From a candidate division FCPU426 bacterium (GTDB lineage Bacteria; Oederibacteriota; JAAXVQ01; JAUVAV01): a stretch of 15,639 bases of DNA. The translations under genes and the position numbers were made by a program. Position 1 is the stretch's first letter. Each line of letters opens with the position of its first letter. The notes under the pieces are model-generated. The model saw nothing but the letters and a program-made list of their open reading frames with translations, was not told the DNA's origin and did not search any database. Positions 1-6,320 of the stretch are shown piece by piece. The stretch spans positions 1-15,639 of the forward strand of contig DAOWGI010000043.1 in the NCBI GenBank assembly GCA_030637655.1, in the 5' to 3' direction.

Positions 1-125
1 ATTTTTTTATGCTTTTGTCCACAGTCCCAAATAGCAATCCTGCTTGCAACTCTCCGGAATCGTGGTATTGTTTTTTTAGTTGTTTTTCGTTAACCATACC
101 GGGACGCGGGATATGGCCGTGAACT

Positions 126-138
126 GGTGCCAGCCACT
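126..138. repeat. Imperfect copy of the short palindrome GGTGCCwGGCACC upstream of the RAYT remnant
   Basis: ggtgccagccact matches 11/13 to the reverse complement of the palindrome at 454-466. Confidence 0.45.
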
Positions 139-221
139 TTTTTTTATTTTTTCTGCAATTTTTCCCTCTATTCCCTGTCTAAATAAACAAGCATCAAACT
201 TACATTTACAGGAGGCTGAAT

Positions 222-471
222 ATGGGCCGACCGCTTCGATTGAAAACACCTGGCTTGACCTACCACATTACTTCACGCACCAACGGAAAACGCCTGTTTT
301 TAAAGAAAAAAACAGGATCAAAAAGCTTTATGCAAAATCCTTAAACTCATTTTAGCGAAATATGGCGTTATTTTGTATGCTTTCACACCCATGATGAATC
401 ACTTCCATATGATCATTCGCATTGAAAACAATTCCGACCTCTCCGAGGGATTAGGTGCCTGGCACCATTAA
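222..471 (+). pseudogene. REP-associated tyrosine transposase (RAYT / IS200-like Y1 HUH) remnant, frameshifted and truncated
   Basis: Translated by hand; not in the ORF track as such. RBS GGAGG at 211-215, ATG at 222. Frame 1 reads MGRPLRLKTPGLTYHITSRTNGKRLFLKKK, matching the RAYT-type N-terminus MxRPLR...PG..YH(V/I)TSR.N, and stops at 344. A +1 shift in the A7 run (306-312) continues QDQKALCKILKLILAKYGVILYAFTPMMNHFHMIIRIENNSDLSEGLGAWHH* (stop 469-471), which contains the M.NH.H HUH motif. The C-terminal catalytic-Tyr region is absent. Confidence 0.85.
454..466. repeat. Short palindrome GGTGCC-T-GGCACC at the truncation point of the RAYT remnant
   Basis: Perfect 6-bp arms with a 1-nt centre, located just before the stop of the shifted frame. 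Confidence 0.6.
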
Positions 472-496
472 TCAAATTCCTATTTTCCCACAACAC

Positions 497-598
497 AGGC
501 GACCAGCCGGTCGCCCCTACGTTTTTTTTCGGGCGAGCATAAGGTTCGCCCCTGCGGGTATCATTGATATGGTGGGCGGGTCTAGGACCCGCCCTTAC
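497..598 (-). repeat. Cluster of three GTAG-family REP-like hairpins
   Basis: 497-520 ggcgacc-agcc-ggtcgcc-cctac; 531-555 gggcga-gcataaggt-tcgccc-ctgc; 574-598 gggcgggtc-tag-gacccgccc-ttac. On the minus strand each is a GTAG-like tetramer (GTAG, GCAG, GTAA) followed by a GC-rich hairpin. Confidence 0.8.
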
Positions 599-682
599 TG
601 TTCGTCCCTGGTTCCATACTGGTTGTTATCACTATGGCGCCATGGTACAGTAACTGCATCTTTTTGATGGAAGGTTTTGGTT

Positions 683-2557
683 ATGTCATTAATCAGTTTG
701 CGCAATATCCGGATCGCTTTTGGAGGTCCGCTTATTCTGGAAAATCTTTCCCTGGATATTCACAAAGGCCAACGCATCTGTATTCTGGGACGCAATGGCG
801 TTGGCAAGTCTACGCTCATGAAAATCATGTGCCGACAACTCAAGCCGGATTCCGGCGAGATCAGTATGGCATCAGGATTGCAACTAGCCTATCTTTCCCA
901 GGATGTGCCGGCAAACCTGACTGGCACTGCCTTTGAAGTGGTGGCTGCAGGCGCCGGGCCAATTGGTGAAAAGCTGGCATTGTATCACCAAGAACTTTCC
1001 GAACCCACGGATCAGGACTTGCTCCATAAACTACAGCACGAGCTTACTACGCAGGATGGTTGGAAAATCGAGACTGTTGTCAAGCGGGTGCTCAGTCAGG
1101 TTCAGGTTGATCCGGAGGTTCCCTTTGCGTCTCTCTCAGGCGGCATGCGGCGGCGTGTTCTTCTTGCCCGGGCTTTGGTCAACGAACCGGATGTGCTGCT
1201 CCTTGACGAACCGACCAACCATCTTGATCTGAAGTCCATTACCTGGCTGGAAACTTTTCTCCTGTCCTCCAAGCTGACTGTTATTTTTGTTACCCATGAC
1301 CGCCGGCTGCTCCGGAAAGTGGCCACACGTATTATTGAAATCGACCGGGGGAAAGTGGTGGATTGGAGTTGTGACTACCTCACTTTTCTGGAACGCAAGC
1401 AAGCGGTTCTGGATAACGAAGAAAAAGAGTGGGCCCAATTTGATAAAAAGCTGGCCCAGGAAGAGGTGTGGATTCGTCAGGGAATTAAAGCACGGCGCAC
1501 TAGAAATGAAGGACGGGTCCGGGCACTCAAAAAAATGCGGGAAGAAAGGCGCCAACGCCGGGAGCGTATAGGCACGGTCTCGCTGACTATCAGTACTGCC
1601 GAACGCTCAGGCGATAGGGTTCTGCAAGCCAAAAATGTCAGCTTTGCTTATGGTCAAATACCCGTTATCCGGGATTTTTCGTTTACGCTCACACGGGGTG
1701 ATCGCATTGGAATTGTCGGGCCCAATGGTTGTGGAAAAACCACCCTGTTAGATTTATTGCTCGGCAAACTTGCGCCGCACCAAGGTCAAGTCGAACTTGG
1801 CGCCCAGGTACTGCCTGTTTATTTTGATCAACTGCGCCTGGGCATTGATCCTGCTAAAACTGTCTGGGAAAATGTTGTGCCCTCCGGCGGAGACCGGGTT
1901 ACCCTCAATGGTCAGTCCCGACATGTCATAGGTTATCTGCAGGATTTTCTTTTTACCTCAGACCGTGCCAGAACACCGGTCAAACAACTTTCCGGCGGTG
2001 AAAAATATCGCTTGCTGCTGGCCCGGTTGTTTAGCCAGCCCTCCAACCTGCTCATATTTGACGAGCCTACCAATGATCTGGATACCGAGACCTTGGAACT
2101 ACTGGAAGAGGTGCTCTCTGATTATAAAGGCACGCTGCTGGTGGTTAGTCACGATCGTGAATTTTTGAATAACGTTGTCACCTCCGCCTTAATTTTTGGC
2201 AATAATTTTACCGTGAATGAGTATATTGGCGGTTATGATGACTGGAAAAAACAGCTTGATCAAATAATCGCAACCGCCGGCCCGGAACTACTGGTACCAA
2301 AAGAAAAAGCCGTTAAGCCGTACCCAAAAAAGGTGGCCAAAAAATTAGCTTACAAAGAAACCCGGGAACTGGCAGCACTTCCCGGGCTTATTGAATCTTT
2401 GGAAAAAGAGCAGGCAGCGATCCATTATCAGTTGTCGGATTTTGAGCAATGCCGGAAACCGGAATTTATCGCCCAGTCCAATGCGCGCCTGGCTATAATC
2501 GAGAGCGAACTTGCCCAGGCTTATACACGCTGGGAAGCGCTTGACCAGCGTACATGA
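683..2557 (+). CDS. uup: ABC-F family ATP-binding protein, Uup type
   Basis: Two ABC domains: GRNGVGKS / LSGGMRRR / LLLDEPTNHLD and GPNGCGKT / LSGGEKYR / FDEPTNDLD. It has the Uup-typical linker EEVWIRQGIKARRTRNEGRVRALK and the C-terminal coiled coil (KLAYKETREL...YTRWEAL), with no TM segments. ATG 683 (MSLI) after GGAAGG is preferred over TTG 677. Confidence 0.93.
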   Translation: MSLISLRNIRIAFGGPLILENLSLDIHKGQRICILGRNGVGKSTLMKIMCRQLKPDSGEISMASGLQLAYLSQDVPANLTGTAFEVVAAGAGPIGEKLALYHQELSEPTDQDLLHKLQHELTTQDGWKIETVVKRVLSQVQVDPEVPFASLSGGMRRRVLLARALVNEPDVLLLDEPTNHLDLKSITWLETFLLSSKLTVIFVTHDRRLLRKVATRIIEIDRGKVVDWSCDYLTFLERKQAVLDNEEKEWAQFDKKLAQEEVWIRQGIKARRTRNEGRVRALKKMREERRQRRERIGTVSLTISTAERSGDRVLQAKNVSFAYGQIPVIRDFSFTLTRGDRIGIVGPNGCGKTTLLDLLLGKLAPHQGQVELGAQVLPVYFDQLRLGIDPAKTVWENVVPSGGDRVTLNGQSRHVIGYLQDFLFTSDRARTPVKQLSGGEKYRLLLARLFSQPSNLLIFDEPTNDLDTETLELLEEVLSDYKGTLLVVSHDREFLNNVVTSALIFGNNFTVNEYIGGYDDWKKQLDQIIATAGPELLVPKEKAVKPYPKKVAKKLAYKETRELAALPGLIESLEKEQAAIHYQLSDFEQCRKPEFIAQSNARLAIIESELAQAYTRWEALDQRT

Positions 2558-2652
2558 TTTTTATAAACCGCGAACCAGGACGTTCTTGCTTTATCAAGTA
2601 ATTTACTGATTCTGCTGCAAAACCCCTGGTTTTAAACAGTAGCGCATAAATA

Positions 2653-3993
2653 CTAAATATATTCCGCCTTCTCCTCACTTCTGGTTTCAGCCAATGGAAG
2701 TGTAAAGCAGAAAGTCGTGCCTGTGCCCGGCTCGCTTTGGGCAACACCCAAATCGCCGCCCTGGAGGCGAATAAGCTGCCGCGAATTGGAAAGCCCCAGT
2801 CCGGTCCCCCGGATTTTCGGGTGCAGGCGCACAAAGGGTTGAAATATTTTATTCCAATCCGCTTTGTCAATCCCGGAACCGGCATCTTGCACACAGGTCG
2901 TAATCAGCTTGTCCTCCACAGCAACTTTTATTTTAATACAACTACTGTCCGGGGAAAATTTTACCGCATTGTCCAGCAAGTTCATAATAACCGGTTTTAC
3001 GATTTCCGGATCTGCCCAGACCAGCTGCTGCCCCGGCGGCCGAATAAATTCAAGTGATATTTTTCTTTTGGCCAGAGACTCCTCAAAATTTTGGCCGGCA
3101 ATCTGAATGAGCTTTACCAAATCAATTTGCCGCGACAGACACTTTACCTGCCCTTTGTTCAGTCTTTCATTATCCTTCAAATTTTCCAGCGTTCGTTTTA
3201 GGGCGTCCGTGTTTTCCCGGATGTTTTTTAGTCCCGCGGTCAATACCGGCACAGGTACGCTCGCCTGCTTCTGATTCAACAAATTGAATATTTTTCCGTA
3301 GATGGCGGTCAGAAATTGCATAGCATGATGGGAAATGGCCCGGATCATCTCCGACTTGGTATTTTCCTCCTGCTGCAATTGCTTCTGGGTCTGATGCAAA
3401 ATGACATTTTGTTTCTCCAAACGGCACTGAGTACTATTCAGGATTACAAGCAAGACTATAACAACGACCAGCAAACTTAGAATCACCCCAATAGCCTGGA
3501 TAATATTGTCCTTGCGTTCCTGAAAATCGGCCAAGGAAAATACAATACGCAACAATTTGAATGTCCGCCGGTCTCCGGAAATTGACAACGGCATATTTAT
3601 ATTTATACTTTGTCTGGTCCTGATAATTTTCAGTTCTTCTTCAGCCGCATCCTTATCCGGAAACCACGGCCGGCCTATGTCCCTCTCATTTCCAGCCTGC
3701 AGCACGCATTCACCGTCAATATAAAATGCCATATACTGAATATGGGAAGTTTTGGTTAAAAGCTGCATTAAATCCAATAAATTATCATATTGCTGCAAGA
3801 GAACAAAATTTTTGGCGGTTTGCCCCATATTGCTCGAAAGTGTTTGATATTCCTTGATTCGATTCTCTTCCATGGCCGAGAGATTAATCCAAACAGCGCT
3901 TGTCATAACCAAGGTAACCACTAAAATGACCGGACTGCTTATCAGAAAATAATGCCGGCGCCACCAAGGTTTTTTGGGGGGGGTGGATTCCAT
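2653..3993 (-). CDS. Membrane-bound sensor histidine kinase (2 TM, extracytoplasmic domain, DHp, HATPase_c)
   Basis: TM1 FLISSPVILVVTLVMTSAVWI and TM2 AIGVILSLLVVVIVLLVIL. H-box AISHHAMQFLTAI, N-box NLLDNAVKFS, G1 VQDAGSGI, F-box IFQPF, G2 GTGLGL. RBS GGAGG at 4005-4001. Confidence 0.92.
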   Translation of the reverse strand: MESTPPKKPWWRRHYFLISSPVILVVTLVMTSAVWINLSAMEENRIKEYQTLSSNMGQTAKNFVLLQQYDNLLDLMQLLTKTSHIQYMAFYIDGECVLQAGNERDIGRPWFPDKDAAEEELKIIRTRQSININMPLSISGDRRTFKLLRIVFSLADFQERKDNIIQAIGVILSLLVVVIVLLVILNSTQCRLEKQNVILHQTQKQLQQEENTKSEMIRAISHHAMQFLTAIYGKIFNLLNQKQASVPVPVLTAGLKNIRENTDALKRTLENLKDNERLNKGQVKCLSRQIDLVKLIQIAGQNFEESLAKRKISLEFIRPPGQQLVWADPEIVKPVIMNLLDNAVKFSPDSSCIKIKVAVEDKLITTCVQDAGSGIDKADWNKIFQPFVRLHPKIRGTGLGLSNSRQLIRLQGGDLGVAQSEPGTGTTFCFTLPLAETRSEEKAEYI

Positions 3994-4025
3994 CCAGCAG
4001 CCTCCATATAGAAATCAATCGGATT

Positions 4026-4054
4026 ATTATAAAATACCCCTGCCACCCTGCCTA
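4026..4054 (-). promoter_or_regulatory. Possible sigma70 promoter for the kinase
   Basis: Minus strand TAGGCA (4054-4049), 17-nt spacer, TATAAT (4031-4026). The -35 matches consensus only 4/6. Confidence 0.35.
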
Positions 4055-4064
4055 CTTAAATTCG

Positions 4065-4276
4065 CGGAATTTTGTAATATGTCAGTGAACTAATGGAAAG
4101 AAAATTAACCGCCGATAAACGCCGATAAATACGGATTAAAAATTTTTTTATCTCTTAAGCTATAAATATCTGCGTTTATTTGCGTTCATCGGCGGTTAAT
4201 TTTGGTTCCGGTTTATCCGGATTAGGTTTTTCTCTCTTCACTGACTTGTTACGGAATTTTGTATCATGTCAGTGAA
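4065..4276. repeat. 25-bp direct repeat pair bracketing the inverted-repeat element
   Basis: 4065-4089 cggaattttgtaatatgtcagtgaa versus 4252-4276 cggaattttgtatcatgtcagtgaa (23/25 identical). Confidence 0.85.
4101..4203. repeat. About 100-bp inverted-repeat (MITE/REP-like) element built of 10-nt submodules
   Basis: aaaattaaccgccgat (4101-4116) is the perfect reverse complement of 4188-4203. Pairing extends imperfectly to 36 bp (4117-4136 with 4168-4187, 14/20). Internal 10-nt periodicity: cgccgataaa x2 on the left and tgcgtttat/tgcgttcat on the right. Confidence 0.8.
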
Positions 4277-4284
4277 GAGAGAAA
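4229..4284. terminator. Long hairpin 17 nt downstream of the barrel-SBP gene (terminator or mRNA-stabilising stem)
   Basis: tttctctcttcactgac (4229-4245) pairs perfectly with gtcagtgaagagagaaa (4268-4284). There is no U-tract on the minus strand, so intrinsic termination is uncertain. Confidence 0.45.
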
Positions 4285-4301
4285 GACATATGGTCTGCTG
4301 G

Positions 4302-6320
4302 TTACTGTTTGCTTGGTACCAGACGATCGCAGTCCAAGGTTTTTAATATTTTTTTGCCGCGACCATCTTTGTGCATAGCTTCACAGATTTTAATCAGCAG
4401 TTCTATTTTTTTTAGTTTATCTTTGCTTAAGCTGGTCCGAACAGCCACCGGGGCAAAAGGCACTTTCCTTTCCGAGGTCGCAATAATTTTCACACCTTTG
4501 CGCATGGCCTTTTGCTCTGCTTGATAGGCGCTGAGTATATATTTCAAGCCTACAATCACGTCAATCTCTTTCATTTGCAGGGCCAGGAGACAGGCACGGG
4601 TACTCTCACAGCGATTAATTTTTTCAAAGACCTTTCCCAACTGAACGTCCTCGAGCTGTTTAAAAAAGAATTTTTTCAAATAATAAATATCTTCTAAATT
4701 GACATACCCCAAGCGTTTTCCCTGCAAATGATCAAGCTGCGTAATTTGGTCATCCTCTCTGACAATCAGACAATACGGAGAAGAAACTTCCCCGTGTTTC
4801 TTGCGGTTTAATACCGGTCGAGCCACACCTTGTTTTTTTAGTTTTTGGTAGATACCGTAAAATTCAAGCACCACATCGATCTCGCCCTTTTCCAAGGCAC
4901 GGCTCAATTCTGCGGTACTATTGAATCTGCGCAATTCCAATTGCAGGCCGCTTTTACTTTCAAGGTACTCCTCCAAATAACCAACCTGTTTTAATACCGC
5001 TTGAATGTTCCGAAGATCCGTCAACACCTTGGTTTCCGTGCCAATGATAATCCTGTCTTCCTGGTGCCGGATGACTTTAACGGGCAATGTTTTTTTAGCC
5101 ACTTTTATTTTCGGCCGGGAAACAGAAGAACGGCTTTTTTTCGCTTTGTCTTTTTGCGCCTCCTTGAATTCCTGGTACTCCATGAATTGTTTGAATTTTA
5201 CAAATTCCGGATCTGCCAGGATTTGTTGACTGGCCTCTTCCTGGGACAGGTCTTTTTTTGGTTTTTTTATTTCCGGGGTTTTGGCCGCCGGTTGCTCCGG
5301 CTTGATCACGGTGACTACTTGCTTTGGCTTTTCTTGCCGCTCCCAACAAAAGGTTAGGCCCACGCGATGCGAGCCCCAATTATCCGGAATATGAAAAGAA
5401 TAGCCAAAAGCATAATCAAATTGCAGGGATAACGGCCGGCCCGGCCGGCTATATTTAAAACTCAAGCCACTGGTAAAACGGTTGGTATTTATTCCTGTCC
5501 GTAAGGCAAAAATTTTCTTGATGATCCAGGCTTCCACTCCCAATTTGGGCACATAAACATTATTGCGCGCTGTGATCTCAAATATTGTTTGCAGGTAATC
5601 CATGTTTGTCCGGTTCCAGTACCAGCGATAGGCCAGGCCCAGACGCACAATGATTGGGATGACTTCGGATACAGTCAAACCCATGTCCACGGGTATAATA
5701 TTATCTATAGCCAAACCAACATTAAAATCCTTAGCTATACCGGCCAATAAACCCAGGTCCGCGGTCAGGCCCCATTTATGTCGCTCCTTATAAGGAAAAT
5801 AGGCCGGATCAGTAGTATAGTCATTGGCCTCGACCAACCATTGCAGCCCTTTTAAAGTAATTCCCGCCTCCAGCCCCTCCTGGGATAAAAGCCTGCGGCC
5901 ATAGGACAAACTAAAGGTGTTTTCCTTATAAAAAGTGGAATTAAACTGTTTCCAGGCCAGGCCAAACGCTCCGGCTGCGGCCTTGAGCGGTATGGCGGCA
6001 GAGACCATATGATATCCGGCATAGTCTGATTGACCGGTATACAAACGGGCCTTGAGATTAGAATACAGGTCAGAATACATACCCATAATTTCAATATCAG
6101 CAATGCGCGCAAACCCGGCGGGATTGTACATAACCGTGTTGGCATCATCAGCCACACTCACAAAGGCTTCACCCATACCTGCCGGCCGCACTCCGTAAGC
6201 GCTTTCCTGAAAATAGGCCTGCGCAGACATCGCCATTAGGCTGAAAAACAAGCATCCCACCTGCAGTGCGACTGTTTTAAGCATTTCTTTTTTCAGAATC
6301 GTTTGCGGCAATTTTCTCAT
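4302..6320 (-). CDS. PorV/PorQ-like (FadL-superfamily) outer-membrane beta-barrel fused to a C-terminal PhnD/SsuA-type periplasmic substrate-binding domain
   Basis: Signal peptide ending AQA. PorV/PorQ-type N-terminal motif GVRPAGMGEAFVSVADDANTVMYNPAG. Amphipathic strands end FDYAF...HRVGLTFCW (about aa 326). Lys/Pro/Glu-rich linker aa ~327-422. Then a PBP2 domain with ALEKGEIDV, YCLIVREDDQITQLDHLQGKRLGY and IIATSERKVPFAPVAVR. Confidence 0.8.
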   Translation of the reverse strand: MRKLPQTILKKEMLKTVALQVGCLFFSLMAMSAQAYFQESAYGVRPAGMGEAFVSVADDANTVMYNPAGFARIADIEIMGMYSDLYSNLKARLYTGQSDYAGYHMVSAAIPLKAAAGAFGLAWKQFNSTFYKENTFSLSYGRRLLSQEGLEAGITLKGLQWLVEANDYTTDPAYFPYKERHKWGLTADLGLLAGIAKDFNVGLAIDNIIPVDMGLTVSEVIPIIVRLGLAYRWYWNRTNMDYLQTIFEITARNNVYVPKLGVEAWIIKKIFALRTGINTNRFTSGLSFKYSRPGRPLSLQFDYAFGYSFHIPDNWGSHRVGLTFCWERQEKPKQVVTVIKPEQPAAKTPEIKKPKKDLSQEEASQQILADPEFVKFKQFMEYQEFKEAQKDKAKKSRSSVSRPKIKVAKKTLPVKVIRHQEDRIIIGTETKVLTDLRNIQAVLKQVGYLEEYLESKSGLQLELRRFNSTAELSRALEKGEIDVVLEFYGIYQKLKKQGVARPVLNRKKHGEVSSPYCLIVREDDQITQLDHLQGKRLGYVNLEDIYYLKKFFFKQLEDVQLGKVFEKINRCESTRACLLALQMKEIDVIVGLKYILSAYQAEQKAMRKGVKIIATSERKVPFAPVAVRTSLSKDKLKKIELLIKICEAMHKDGRGKKILKTLDCDRLVPSKQ

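Noticed and set aside
80-355. 91-aa ORF from the track
   Set aside because: It has a TTG start with no RBS and overlaps the RAYT remnant in another frame, which has an RBS and recognisable motifs.
497-598. CRISPR-like repeat-spacer appearance of the hairpin clusters (also 4065-4276)
   Set aside because: The repeats are not identical, the spacing is irregular, there are too few units, and no cas genes are present.
455-667. 70-aa ORF
   Set aside because: It runs through the REP hairpins and has no recognisable protein features.
222-2557. Functional link between Uup (suppresses precise transposon excision in E. coli) and the adjacent transposase and REPs
   Set aside because: A single adjacency, and REPs also occur elsewhere in the window, so coincidence is sufficient.
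4302-5054. Annotation as phnD of a phosphonate ABC transporter
   Set aside because: There are no phnC or phnE neighbours, the STSG ligand loop is missing, and the domain is fused to a barrel.
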